NCBI RefSeq assembly: GCF_009914755.1
Contig: NC_060937.1
Direction: 5' to 3' (one strand)
Length of the DNA stretch: 64,000 nt
From: the human T2T-CHM13v2.0 reference genome, Homo sapiens
Part shown: in pieces, positions 16,046-30,520 of the stretch
Position numbering within the stretch: position 1 is the first letter of the stretch
Layout: the number at the start of each line of letters is the position of its first letter
The notes under the pieces: generated by a model
Told to the model about the DNA's origin: nothing
Databases searched by the model: none
The model's input: the letters and a program-made list of their open reading frames with translations, nothing else
Program-made: the position numbers and the translations under genes

Positions 16046-18016
16046 TTATTTTTGCCAACTCAATAATGCACGTTTATTAACTATTGGCTCTTAAGAAAGC
16101 ATGTTCAAACATATCAAAATGTGTTATTGTTTATATTTGATATCTATAGAAGCATTATTTAAATTTTATATTTATTTCTAACGTGATTGCAATAATAGAA
16201 AAGAAGCTTAAATTTCAGTGCCTAAGATTATAAAAATAAAAATGTATTTACTATAAAACAACTGTATGTATGCTCCTCTGATGATAGCAAAAAGAATATA
16301 CTGTATCATTGTTGATTTTACAGATAAAGTACTGAACACAACCAATTGTTAATAAACTCTCATATTATCTTTTATAAATATTTGTTAAGTATGAGGGAAT
16401 CTGAAATATATTTCCAAGTTTCTTAATCAAATCCTTAAAATTTTTGCCACTGAAATCATACTTTGATAATATCTTTAATGTCAAGAAATATAAAAGTGAG
16501 TAATAGAAATAATAAGTAGGGATAAGCTCATCCAATTTAATACATTAGTAATTGACAATAACTCTTGAAGGGTTTTGGACAGTTTTCCAATCCTGGAATG
16601 AAAGTTTATTAGAATTTCTGACCAGATTATAATGCTCTTACATAATTTGTTAAATGGCTTATGTCAACAGGACAAAAAAACATGGATACAGATAGAAATG
16701 TTTGGCCTCTTTTAGTGTTTGAGTAACTATTGTATGTTGGTAGCATAGCTCAAAGGAAAACAATACCTACAGAATCCTCTCATTTGAGCCTCTCTAATGT
16801 ATATGGCACTGATCTTTAGTAATCATTCAATATAAGCAGGATGATATCCTGAAAGGCTAGGAAAATTACAAAGTCTTAATAAACCAAAATATATCATAAC
16901 GGAATTGTCTTAATTCAGTTCATCAAATAAGTAGTCACTTCCATGTCTTTCAGATATTCCAATATAACATTAATGTGTAACTGAAAGCTACAATTTTCAT
17001 TGTGATTACTCTCTATTGATTGTCCACTACAAATAATAGTTTCACATCATGTGGTTATAGTTATAGTTCATATAAAATTGCACATAATTTTATTATTAAT
17101 GTTATTTTGTCTACTTTTCAGGTAAGGTAGAATCATTGAAAAATAATTAAATGTAAAATTTGAATCTAAACATCACCAGGGTAGAATTATTATTAATAAT
17201 TTATGTTTTTATCTTTTCTTTTTGCTTTTTTGCCATTTTCAAAATTTTCTAAAAATTTTGCTATTTTTGAAATCAGATTGTATATTTTGAATTAGTTATT
17301 TCAAAATCTTCCTTTTAGGTTACTAATAAAATAAACAAAATAAAAAAGATAAATATTTAAAAAAATATTTTTAATTAAAAAAAGAAGCAGGTTGTCCAAT
17401 ATAAAATTGAAAGATAAAAAATATAATTGCTAAAACTCTGTTATAATAAAAAAGACTTGTAGAATAAAATAAAATCCAGTCTCTGCATTAACAAAGAATT
17501 GTGTGTAGTAAAATCTTTTTAGCCAGTGTATAAATAACTGTATAAATAATCTAAATTGTTTATTACAGATATAATTGAAAAGTATTTTGTAAGTTTTAAC
17601 CAATTTAATTATACAATTCAAATTTGGAGTATAGACAAGGATTGAGACATATACTATTATTGGAGGTGGAAGGCAGGAACAAATGGTGAAGCTAAAGAAG
17701 GCCAAGTTTCTCTTCCATTTCAAGAATTCACTTTGGTAACGTGTTTACACTCTTTATTCTTATCTGAAATTGAATGAAGACAGGCCCACAAATTAATTTC
17801 ACAAATATTCTTTCTAAAATTATGTTTATTAATTCATTTACCTGTTCAGGTTCTATTGTATGTAATTTCTGGAGAATTATATATTTTTGGTTGGTATATG
17901 TGTGAGTCCCTGAATAGATAGGCACACCATTTATGTCTATCACATATAAATGAGGTGCTTGCCTGAATACAGAACCCTCAGATCAAAAAATTTTGCCCTA
18001 AATTCCTTAGTGATTG

Positions 18017-18942
18017 ATAGATTGCCTAAATTTTCTTCCAAGGTTTTTATAGTTTTGGGTTTTACATTTAAGTCTTTAATGCATCTTGAGTTAATTTTTG
18101 TATAAGCTGTAAGGAAGGGATCCAGTTTCAATTTTCTGCATATGGCTAGCTAGCCAGTCCTCCCAGCACCATTGATTAAATAGGAAATCCTTTCCCATTG
18201 CTTGTTTTTGTTGGGTTTGTCGAAGATAAGATGGTTGTAGATGTGCAGTTTTATTTCTGAGTTCTCTTTTCTGTCCCATTGGTCTATGTGCCTGTTTTTG
18301 TACCAGAACCATGCTGTTTTGCTTACTGTAGCCTTATAGTATAAGTTGAAGCCAGGTAGCGTGATGCCTCCAGCTTTGATATTTTTGCTTAAGATTGTCT
18401 TGGCTATGCAAGCTCTTTTTTTGTCCCATATGAATTTTAAAATAGGTTTTCTAATTCTGGGAAGAATGTCAATGGTAATTTAATGGGAAAAGTATTGAAT
18501 CTATAAATTGCTTTGGGGAGTATGGCCATTTTCACAATATTGGTTCTTCCTATCCACGAATATGGAATGTTTTGCCATCAGCTTGTGTCCTCCCTGATGT
18601 CCTTGAGTAGTAGTTTGTAATTCTCCCTGAAAAGGTCCTTCACTTCCCTTGTTAGCTGTATTCCTAGGTATTTTATACTCTTTGCGTCAATTGTAAATGG
18701 GAGTTCATTCATTATTTGGCTTTCTGCTTGTCTGTTGTTGATGTATAGGAATGCTTGTGATTTGTGCATATTGATTTTTGTATCCTGAGACTTTGCTGAA
18801 GTAGCTTATCAGCTTAAGAAGCTTTTGGGCTGAGTCAATGGGGTTTTCTAGATATAGGATCATGTCATCTACAAACAAAGACAATTTGACTTCTTCTCTT
18901 CCTATTTGAATACAATTTATGTCTTTCTCTTGCCTGATTGCC
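18017..18942 (-). mobile_element. L1PA ORF2 segment, the inverted 5' part of a twin-primed insertion
   Basis: Minus-strand ORFs encode L1 ORF2p pieces: [34 protein letters not shown] (RT motif, FADD changed to FVDD), [27 protein letters not shown]; frameshifted. Confidence 0.93.
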
Positions 18943-19618
18943 ATCTCATGCCAGTCTGAATCACGATGATTAAAAACTCAAGAAACAGCAGATGCTGGTG
19001 AGGTTGAAGAGAAATAAGAATGCTTTTACACTGTGAGTAGGAATATAAATTAGTTCAACCATTGTAGAAGACAGTGTGGCAATTCCTCAAATATTTAGAA
19101 CTGGAAATACCATTTGACCTAGCAATCCCATTACTAGGTATATACCCAAAGAATATAAATCATTCTATTATAAAGATACATGCATGCGTATGTTCACTGC
19201 AGCACTATTCACAATAGCAAAGACATGAAATGAACCCAAATGCCCATCAATGATAGACTGGATGAAGAAAATGTGGTACATATATACCATGGAATACTAT
19301 GCAGCCATAAAAAGGAACGAGGTCATGTCTTTTGCAGGGAAATGGATGAAACTGGAAGCCATTATCCTCAGCAAACTAATGCAGGAACAGAAAACCACAC
19401 ACTGCATGTTCTAACTTATAAGCAGAAGCTGAACAATGAGAACACATGGACATGGGGAGGGGAACAAAACTAACTGGGGCCTGTCAGGGAGTGTGGGCAG
19501 GGGAGAGCATTAGGGAAAGAGCTAATGCATACTGGGCTTAATATCTACATGATGGGTTGATCTGTGCAGCAAACCACCATGACACACGTTTACCTGTGTA
19601 ACAAACCTGAACATTAAA
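18941..19618 (+). mobile_element. L1PA 3' end (ORF2 C-terminus and 3'UTR; roughly L1PA8-L1PA12)
   Basis: 'ccatctcatgccagtc...gcactattcacaatagcaaagac...ggagagcattaggg...gcagcaaaccaccat'; shares a 17-bp TSD aaattcc[t/a]tagtgattg (18000-18016, 19619-19635) with the inverted part. Confidence 0.93.
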
Positions 19619-21729
19619 AAATTCCATAGTGATTGCTTCATTTTCTTCTGAAGTTTTGTGATACAGAAAAGCAATTACCAGTTTGAAGAAAATGAGATTT
19701 TTTGTCCAAATTTTTGTTATTCTTGAAACTCAAAAGATGGCAGGATTTTTTCTAAAGCAATACTTGTTGGCTGTTTTTTTTTTTGTTTATGCTTTGTTTT
19801 TTATTTTCTTTTCAAAAATCAGAATCAGAAGTTTAATGTACATATTCAGGATGTTTTTAACTCAGTAAGCGCCTGGCCATGATGGATAGTATGACAGTTA
19901 TTTTCAAGATTTTATGTTCTTCTTCAACTGCTCTATCTCCTTTTCTTCTATTACCATTTTACAAATTTTCTTTCTTCTTATGGCTTTTTTTTCCCCAGAT
20001 TCAAGGAGATTGTGTATTCTTTCAACATAGTAGCTACATAAACTTATAAAGTTGTTTTTTTCAGTTTTCATTAACAAATTTTTTAAAATATTTGTTTGCC
20101 CTTTCATTTTTTTTTAATGTATTCTCCAGCTGTAGTTTCCAAAGGCAATAAAAGTTTTGAAAACAGGAATCAAGGACTACCAATAGTATAGGGGGTGCAA
20201 GCTGCTGTATATCAAACCCAGTGCCAATATCAGCAAGCAAGCTACTGAGTCTGGTGCCCAGAAGTGGCAGCAGGTTCTTTTGTCATGTGAATTTGTTGTC
20301 ATTCAGATGTTACAGCTCCAAATCTAATTATCTACCAATGATACTATAAGTTATGTATAATTTTACTAACAAACATATTTTGTCCTAGAATTGTTCAGTT
20401 TCTGTTTATGTCATTTCTATCTGAGATCTAACTCAAAATAGGAAATCAGAATTATTTGCTCCTTGGCCTCTTTTGTTTATTTTCTCATGTATTCTGTGTT
20501 ATATATCTTTGACTTACATTCTCATATATAATTTTATGGATGATATATTATTGCTACCATTTTAAAGATTTGTTAGCTACAGCTACCTTTCTTTCATTTT
20601 TTCTGTATTTTTTAAAATAATCATTGTTATTCTTTAATCTTTTTAGATAAAATTTTAATTGTTAATGTTTATATATAATTCTCCTCAACACACAAATTCT
20701 GAAGTTTTTTCTGGTCAGGAGGTAGATATTTTATATAAAGAAAGCCCCCTAGAATAATATCACAGGCCCTTCTGGAAAGAATATGACCAGGTGCTTTCTC
20801 CATGGTAACTGTCCCAAATAGAATTTCTATTTACAGAGACCCTATCTGTTCAAGATAATTCATATTAGTTGAGCTCTAGTCTAATTTATATGAACTGAAC
20901 TGATTTAACCATTTATTGTCCTTTTAAGTGCCTTTGATTTCTGAGCCCTATATATTTATTTTTGTCAGTTCATTTATTTTTTTATTACACCTCTGAGCAT
21001 TTCTCCTCACGTTCCTAATATTTTATACTGTGGCCTTACTTACAACTTATTTCATTGGCTGTTCTTCCCAAATACGTTTTTAAGCTTGCAATTCAGCCAT
21101 TCCAAATGTGCTTTAATACTCACCTGCATTTGACTGTTCTAAATTAGCCAAATTACTCTCTACTTTTTCAATTATTTCTGATAGTTGTACTTATTATTTT
21201 ATTCAACACATGTATAATAAATTCCCATTCTTCTAATTAAAGGTGATGATTACTTTTATTCAAAATTAATGCAACATTATATGGCAAGAAAAATGCCCAT
21301 ACTATTAATAGGCACTAAGCATACATTGTGGTTTCTTTAATAGCCATGTGGGAAATTTACACTGTTTTTTTTTTGTTTATAACCATAAATAAATTAATTA
21401 ATGTGAATTAACACTGGCTCTGAAGAGATAGAATTTAATCAAACTCCATTATCCTATTAGTATTGGTAAAGTTTGAGGAAGCTGTTTGAGTCTTATTAAA
21501 TTCTCAAAGCTCTGTGGTTCCATACCTCTGAAATGGTAATTAAATTGATGGAAAACATTCAATCTTGATTGTAGATTCCTTTATATTATTTAAAGTTTTA
21601 ACCAAGAAAACCACATAATAATGAATTATACAATAAAGTTAAATAAATGCCAAGAACATTTATTTTTTAAGGTACAGAATTATATCATTGATTATCCTTT
21701 TTGTCCTTGCCTCTGTGATCTCTATTTTC

Positions 21730-22060
21730 AACAAATAACATATCAACCAGATTGATCCTTCTAAATGCCAATAGATCTCATTATTCACCTACTCAAGATT
21801 CTCCAGTGCACTTCCATCATTATCAGATTAACAATCAAATTCTCGATGGTCTATGAAGCCCTTTATGGTCTTTCACCACTCTCTCTTTCTCTCTCTACTT
21901 TAGGCATACTATCTTTATCACTATTTCTTTAACATGACAGATCCTACAACAAGGTCTTTTCCTTTGCTATTCTCTCTTTGCTTTTTCTGAAAGCTCTTCC
22001 TTCAGATAGACTCATCAGCATAATTTATATCTTAATCTCATCAGGGCTTTGTTCAAGTTT
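21730..22060 (+). mobile_element. L2 fragment
   Basis: 'tactcaagattctccagtgcacttccatc...aacaaggtctttcctttgctattctctct' resembles the degenerate L2 3' region. Confidence 0.5.
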
Positions 22061-22408
22061 TTCATAATTTATAGAGTTCTATGTACTTCGGAAAATACAA
22101 AGTCATTGGGATTTTCTCTGGAAGAGAGTTTTATTCATTCTGTTTCTTCCATGGAGAGAATCATCACAGAACCCTTTCATCCTAATCTATGTAGTTTGAC
22201 TTCAGGTTTTGCCTAAAAATTGAACCTAGGGTATTTGAAAGGTTGAACATTTTTTGAATAAAGATAAAGGGTTGCCTATATACATTAGCTAAATACAAAA
22301 TAAAGAACTGTTAAACACATATAACTTTAACAAAATAAAAGAAAAATGACTAGAGAGATAGTGCTATATAGAAGAGAAAAGAAAGCTGCTACAAAGATGG
22401 TGCATCAT

Positions 22409-22538
22409 TAGCCAGGAATAGTGGTGCCTGCCTAGAGTCTCAGTTACTAGGGAGGCTGAGGCTGTAGGATCACTGGAACTCAGAATTTCAAGACCAGCCT
22501 GGGCAACATAGTAAGACCTTGTGTCTAAAGAAGACAAA
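22409..22538 (+). mobile_element. Alu monomer (FLAM/FAM-like)
   Basis: Single ~125-bp arm 'agccagg...ggaggctgaggc...ttcaagaccagcctgggcaacatagtaagacc' with an A-rich end. Confidence 0.8.
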
Positions 22539-22699
22539 TAGATTGTGCGACAAAAGGGGTGTGAACAATAAAGTAGGTTTTTCATAGGACCCTTGAGAGA
22601 TCCAGGTGCCGAATGTTGTTTTCAAAGGATGAGTAAAATAGTAGCTGAAAAAGTAATTTGAAATTTTTAATATTGAAAACTTGTCCCCTCTCTATAACC

Positions 22700-24400
22700 A
22701 GTGTTCAAGAAATTGGACTTCTATACCCCTAGGTAGTAGATAACGAGTGTTATTGGGAAATTTCAGCAACCCAAAGGACAAGATTCCAAGCTTTGGTATT
22801 TTAGAGTTAATTAACCTAAAGCAAAACTTGCTGATTGACAGGGACATTAAGTTACTAAGTTCCTAATTGGTTTTTTTTGTGTGTGTGCTATTTTATTCTT
22901 ATATACCAACAGTTAACTCATGATAACCAGACAGTTTAGGAAAGTTTGCAACACAAAATAACGAAGGATGATATCAAAAAGTAATTACCCTAGAGGAAAC
23001 AGATAACCCATGAAATAAAAGAAAATTTAGACAAATATCACTCTAATTAGGATGTTCAACAAATTTCCAGGAAACACTGTATCTATCATAAAGAGAATGT
23101 TTGGGGAAAAATCTGAGAAAAATAAATCTGGAAAAATATAACTATAGATATTTATGTGAAATAACTGGGAACTGTAGGAAAATTAAGTTAAAACATCTCC
23201 CAGAAAGTAGGGGAAAAAAGAGAGAAGTAAAAAGCATGAGCAAAAATATAATATAGAGAAAATTTTCAGGAAATCCACCATCTGATTTATACAATTCTCT
23301 GTAAATTATAAAAATAGAGAAAATTGAAGGAAGAAAATCTGCAAAACAATAGTGGAAATCTTCAAGAGAAAAATTATAGTACTCTCCAGATCAGATTTTA
23401 TACATTAAATAAACATGCACACACATCTCAAGGTATATTTTCATGAGATTGTAGTAAAATTGGAGAAATACACCTAAAAGCTGCTAGACAGATAAACAAA
23501 ACAAAACGAAACCAAACGGGTTATCTACAAACAACATGGCCTCTAACTTTTTCAAGAACTATGTTAGCCATTGGAGGGCAAGGGAGCAAGGCTTTCATGT
23601 TTCTCAGGGATGCTCTCTTCAACTCTTAAATGTGTAATTTCCTAAGCTATCAATTGATTAAAACACTATAAAACATTTTTCAGAAATGCCAGGACCTCCC
23701 ACACACCCGCTCCTCTGAAATTATTGGCATCTGTTTTAAGGAAGACCTGTAATTGGGACTGGAGTCAAAGGCAGCCTCAGGAAAGGTGGTTCACAGCAGG
23801 AACAGAGGGCAAACAGTTTAGATGAGGCAGGAGAGTGAAAGAGTGTGTTTTAGGAAGAAGGTGTCAAGGGTCAGACTTAATAAAATACCGGCGATGTAAC
23901 TTAAACATTTCTAAAAGTTCAAATGAGGAGATACAATAAATAAATAATGCAAAGACAGCAAAAGACAACAAAAGCCTATTAAAAATGCAATTAATAAAAA
24001 AATAGAAAAGCCAAACTGCAATTATAACACAGTAATATTTCTAAAGGCATGCATAATAACATAAATTTAAATTTAACTAAAATATGGCTAGAAAAATACT
24101 GAGAAAATTCATGACAGGTCTGATGGGTAAAGGAGGGGAAATAGTAAAACAACATTTAGTCCCTTACAGCAAGGTGGCAATAATAAGGTCTAACACGAGT
24201 ATTAAACAACACAATGCACATATTAAAAACATGAAGGTAACTGCTGAACAATGTTTAAAAGTGAGCATATTTGAGAAGCAGGGATGGGGTGAAGGTGGCA
24301 TTGGGAGTATGGGGAAATAGGTGAGTAACATTTTTTACTATATTCTTTTGGTACTTCTTAAATTTTTTTTGCTAAGTTATGAACTATTTTGATTAAAGTT
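22700..24400 (+). mobile_element. Ancient L1M/HAL1-like element (ORF1-like region)
   Basis: A-rich degenerate ORF1-like phrases ('acatctcccagaaagtag', 'ggcctctaactttttcaagaac...ttggagggcaagggagcaaggctttca'); boundaries uncertain. Confidence 0.45.
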
Positions 24401-24608
24401 TTTTTTCCAGTTTAAAGAAGCATTAAAATATCTGATATGGTAGGACTCTATTGATTTTTATGGACTTGCAGAAGTCAGGATTTACTTATAAGGTTATCTT
24501 CATTTTAGACAACAAAATACTACCACAAATACATTAGAAAGAGACATTTTAGCCTAGCGAAATAAAACAATGTCTCTCTCTCTCTCTTCGTCGTGCTTTT
24601 GGCTCTGA

Positions 24609-25010
<402 letters not shown>

Positions 25011-26037
25011 TAACTTTTACGTTTCTTGTCATTTTGTACTTGATGTGTCATTAATAAACTGCCAGATTTTGTTTTGTAACCACTTTGAGATGCTTCAGGT
25101 TTTTGTATTTTATAAGAAGAATTTAAATCATTTGCATTTATGGTGATAAATAATCTATTTGGTTTTATTCCTTCTCTTCATTTTGGTTTTACTATTAATT
25201 ATTTATTGTTGTATTTTCATTTTACTCTTTCATCATGCTTGTTTTATTGGTTATGTTTCTTTTCCTTCTCTCTCTCCTGTTGATTTCAACTTACTAGTTG
25301 TCTGAAACCCTTTTGGGCCACCTTGGCATCTTTGCTCTTTACCTGCCAAAGCTGGAAACTTGGCTGTCCCCAGCCAGCCTCCAGAAGGTCTGTGGTATCA
25401 GCTTGTGAGACCCACAGAGATTCCATCTCCCTCCACATGCATACATGAGTATTTCTGTGTCAAAAACCATAGGAGCAGAAAGTATTACAAGATTTTTGTT
25501 TTTTCCGTAGGATGTTTCCTTTGGGAAATTATTTTTTCTTTGTATAGACTGATTTTTAATGAATATTTTTAGTTTTAGGATGGAGTAGCACATGTAGGTG
25601 TGGATATGGGAGTGTGAATATTCTTTTCTAAAATTGCCTTCCTAAAGGAGATGGAGATCAGAGGATGTTGATTTCAGAAACGACCTAGAGGCGTATCTTC
25701 CTCTGATGTTCGCACCAGACTGTAAAAGGAACCAGACTGAAACTTCCAAAGTTCCATTTACACTGCTTGGCTGATTCCCATATGTGGTATTACTGAGGAT
25801 GGAATATCTTATTCTGTGATAAAGATTCTCCAGCGAATTGTACAGTTGTGGAGGTTTTCAATGGAGGCCAAATAGGACAAGGCCAAGATCAGTGGGTGGG
25901 AATTAGTCTGATTTTAATTTTTCTTCATGGGAGTAAGTGCACAGAATATAAATCACCCTGCCTCTCAGAAGGTGAGTATTAAAGTGTTAAAATACTGGGA
26001 TGTGGAAGAAAACCACCTGTGAAGAAAAATATTGATC

Positions 26038-26215
26038 ATCTGTGCGACCTTGAACAAATAACATAAACTTTCTTTGCCTCAGTTTCTTTATCTGTAGAAT
26101 ATTGGTAATATTTTTGCCTATTCGTGGAATTGTTATGCAACTTAACAAATAGTACCATGTGATGTGATTACAACAGGGCTTGGCACATTAATAATATATT
26201 TTAGCTGTCATTTAT
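26038..26215 (+). mobile_element. MIR
   Basis: MIR core 'tgtgcgaccttgaacaaat...gcctcagtttctttatctgtagaat' and the 3' 'gcttggcacat'. Confidence 0.75.
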
Positions 26216-26329
26216 TCTACAAATAAACTCTACTATGTTCTATACTATGCTGTCTATCCTGCAGAACTTCTAATTGCATATATTAGTATTTTAGTTTTTA
26301 ATCTTTGATTTTTCCATCTTCAAGTTTTA

Positions 26330-26570
26330 TTTAACTGTTACCTTCTCAATGAAGCCTCTCCTGACCACTTTTTAAAACTACATCTCTCCATGTTGTTTAA
26401 TCCCTTCTCCTCCCTTAATTTTCTCCTTAGTATTTAATACCTTGTAGTATACCTGCCTTATAATGTTATTTTACTTAACTATGTATCTGCTTCCACTAGA
26501 ACAATGATCTGTTTCTGTGTGGTTTGCTACTGTATTTACAGTTCCTAGAATATTGATTGATTCAAGTTCC
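26330..26570 (+). mobile_element. L2 3' fragment
   Basis: 'tcaatgaagcctctcctgaccac...cttccactagaa...tgctactgtatttacagttcctagaa'. Confidence 0.55.
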
Positions 26571-28759
26571 TAGAAATTGAGCAAAAGAAGTCTTTTTAAT
26601 TTACTTAAATTATTAAATTTTAATCCTGAATTTATTCCTGAAGAGTCTTATCTAAAAGTAGAAATGAAGGGATCAATAAAAGGCAACTGATTTCAGGGCA
26701 AATACAAGAGAAGAAAGCTGTTAATGTTTATATTTTGAATGATTAGAGATTAGACTCTAGACATGAATGAATGAATGATGTTAGAAACTGGGGTCTGTTA
26801 TTCATTAGGAAACTCATGTGACTCCTAGACTATGGATTCAGAAAATGGTCAGATTTAATATATGGCATTCACTTTTTAAATTAATTTTAATTTAATTCAT
26901 GTATATTTATCTTGTAATGTTTGCTACGTACAGAGTTCTTTATATTATTATCTCCTGGCCTTTATTCGGTGTTAAGAGATGTGTCTTCCTGTAGCAAATC
27001 AGTGCAGAGTGAGCCACAGCTGCTGACATGCAGCAGGACTCAAGAGGGAAAATGGTGAACTTCAGAAATGTAGAGAATTTATCATAGAACAAGGTGAGAT
27101 GAGGTGACAACCGAGATGGGTTTTTGGAACTTGTTAGCCTTCCCTTATTCATAAAGTTAACTTTGGCAATTGTTGCCCATCTGTTGTATGGAGTCCAAGA
27201 GCCACATTTTGCTTCTTGTTGGTCAACAGCATTTCAAATTGAAGCACTGAGAGACAGGATCACATTTATTGCCTCTGAGAGAGTTCTTCTTAAGCTTTAT
27301 ACTTTTCTTTGGTGAAATTCCTGCCTTGTGGCTACAGGGTTCCAAATGTTGTCTTGTATCTTATACTATTTCTGCCTTGTATTCTTGTGTATCTATCTTG
27401 TGTTCCTTAGTTTGCATTCCTGAAGCCAGTTCAGATTAACATGAGAAAAGTTTTCTTATCATAGGATATTAGGAATAAAGCATATGTATAGATATATATA
27501 GATTCATGTATTTACTTAAGGAAAATGAACAAATGGAAAAATGCTAGAAACATTTTGTTCTAGAAAAAGCAAGTGGTTATAACAACAATGGAAAATTTAG
27601 GAAAAAACTTTAAATTTTGAAAATGAATAAAAACTAGAATGTACATTTTTAAATCTCTGTGGACCCAGAGGAAATATCATACTGGCACAAATCTTTCATT
27701 TAAATTGTTGAAAATATAATTGCCAAAGTTAGTCACAGAACTGGATTAGTCCTAAAACTGTAAGAGTGGTTCCTGTCTAGACCATATAAAAATGAAGTCA
27801 TGTAGTAAAAGAGAAGAAAAAAAGGGAATATTGGCCAATCAAGGAGAAAAAGCAAGCAAACAACAAAAAAGTGAAAGATTTATGTCTTTTTTGAACTTCG
27901 GAATCCTTAGGAGAAAGAAGAGACAAGACATTTCTTATTAGTTTTATATTAAGGAATATTAGAATACCACATTTTATATACTATATCAATGTAATATGAA
28001 GAAAACATAAAAGCACCAATCACTATATGATTAGGCAGCTTTCCCGTAATAGCAAGTTGTTCATAAATTCAGTTTCATATAGTTTTTTCTTTAATTTCTT
28101 GCGTTGCTTATCTTTTAATTAATTTCATAAAATGTAACTTTCAACCTACCAGTGTCTTCTGCATCCTTTATTGGATATTAAATTACTTTTAAAGTTTTGC
28201 ATATAAATACATATGTATTTGAATACGTACACATATGAAAATAAATCATTGTAATCACTAGTTGCAGCCAAGGCTAAGTATAGTAGAAATCATTAGCCTC
28301 AGGTTTAAATAACTGTCAATGAGAAACACTGAGTAAATGATGTGTTGTTGATACAGTTGTTTCCAAAATTCATATACGATTAGTCATTATATTTCATGTG
28401 GTAAGACACTAATATGTTAGAAAATATTTTTTGACCAGAATCCGTAAAATGTAAACTAAAAATATACTTTGATCTAGTTAATAGAGTTGAATTTCTATCT
28501 TTGTGTACTAGAAATGAACAAGTAACTCTTGTAAACTTCAGAGAGTTGTTTGAATATTTAATTCCCAAGTAATAAAATTATCTGAAAGTTTTCCTTCTCT
28601 CATGAAACAAATGCAACTAAAAATTTAAAGTTGCTTATGTAAGTTCAACTTAAAACACGAGACAGCATATTATTACACACAAAATATATTTAATCATATA
28701 TTTAACTATACAATAGTATATAGTTCCTCATATAATTGTTTTTCAGAATTCTAACATTT

Positions 28760-28930
28760 ACTAGAATTGGCATATTTAACTATCACAGCAACCTTAGGAG
28801 GTAGAAAATACTAAAGCTGAGGGAGAGGTATTTTACATAAATTTGCCGAGGTCATACAACTAGTGCAACATAGTCAGGATTCAAAGCCAGGTGGTCTGAC
28901 TCCAGGACTGAAAATATTAATCATAATGCG
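28760..28930 (-). mobile_element. MIR
   Basis: 'aatttgccgaggtcatacaactagt...ggattcaaagccaggtggtctgactccag'. Confidence 0.7.
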
Positions 28931-30324
28931 GAGTTAATTCCCAAGTTGTCAAAATTTGAAAGTTTTTTATTTCTGGTTTTCTAAGTTGTAAAATTTACAC
29001 ATTTTAATTCTGATGAGCTTTTTAAAAATATGGACAATATTTTGATTGGTAGTTCACAGACATAAGGGGAAAATACATATTTTATTCATTGAAAAATGTT
29101 TTCATGTTTTTATTCTTTCAAACATGTATTGTAACAACATGAGTTTGTTGGTTTTATGTCTCAATTTTATCATTTCTTACTTGTTTTCTACATCTTTCAA
29201 ACCATTTAAATGAGTATCACTATAAAGTTCTCTTGTATAATAGTATTTATTAAAAAATCTCTTTGAGTATTTACTGTTTTGTATATTGGTTGTTATACTG
29301 CCTGATGAATACATTTTTATGGATTAATATTTTATTTGTAAATTGTACTTTTGTTATCACTTAATATATCACTTTGTTCTAAATGGTAATTTAACCTTTA
29401 AAACCATCTTTCACTAACTTAACATATTGTCTTGAATTTTAAGAAATATATCTGATAATGTTTTGAGGAGCTACATTAACTGGAATATTTTTCAAAGAAG
29501 CCCAACTCTATTTTCACAATATATTCTTATTATTCTATCTTCAATTTTTTTTTCCTTTCTTGCTTTGTGTTATATTTTGGGAGTCAAAATGTTTTTCCTG
29601 TTAATAAACAAGAAGAGTTTATCTTTAAAAAAAAAAAAAAAGCAAAGCAAAAATTTGTCCTCACAGAGAATGCTAGCTGTCATTTATCCTACACTTTTCC
29701 ATTTGAATTATTTTTTAATCTTCTTCTTATCACTTATTGAGGATGAAAATGTTACGCATAATTGCTAAAACAATCTCCAGTACCTAGCAAAATTGCATTT
29801 AATCTAACAGTGCTAAACTAAAATAAATATTTATCTAGCTCCCTGCCAAATCCTGCCCATGTGTGCAAATAATTTTTAGGCCATACTGCCTACATTTCTG
29901 ATGGTGGGAGCCAGGGTACTTTGAACTGAAGCAAAGAGATGCTGAAGGGATAGAGACTTCTTATACCAGTGTTCACATAGCCCAGATGAAACACTGTTTC
30001 CCGGTCAGACAAAAACTCCTCACAAACTTTGGTATTAAGCTAGTCATCAATCTAAATTTCTTGGAAAGAAACTCTTCCTATGTCATTAAAATCATTTTCA
30101 TGGAAAACTAGAAAAAAATATGAGATTGATTTTTAAAATCAATGTCATCTTCACACATTTTAATGTTTATATTTTCAACTGATTTCTCTCTGCTCTTCTC
30201 TTCACTGCCATTCGAGCTGAAACTATTTTAAAATTCTGATTTTATATGAAAAACACATTCTTTGTTAACTTCGTCATGCATTATACCTTGTAGAACATGT
30301 TCTTCTTTATAGATTTTCAGATAA

Positions 30325-30520
30325 GAGGGCGTGTTAAGAGAACAAGCACAGGTTTGGGATTTGAAAACATTAGCTTCTAGTCCTATCTGCCACTTGTGAG
30401 TTCTGTGACATTTTGCCTCAGTTTCTCTACGTCTAAAATAAAGATAAGAATTACTGCAGCATCAGAAGAGTTCTGAGACTTAGAGAAAACATATAGTTAT
30501 TGCCTGCCACATGATTTGCA
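30325..30520 (+). mobile_element. MIR
   Basis: 'tgccacttgtgagttctgtgac...gcctcagtttctctacgtctaaaataaagataa'. Confidence 0.65.

Noticed and set aside
17940-18944. Reverse transcriptase-like ORFs suggesting a retron or other novel RT system
   Set aside because: Frameshifted fragments of ordinary L1 ORF2p
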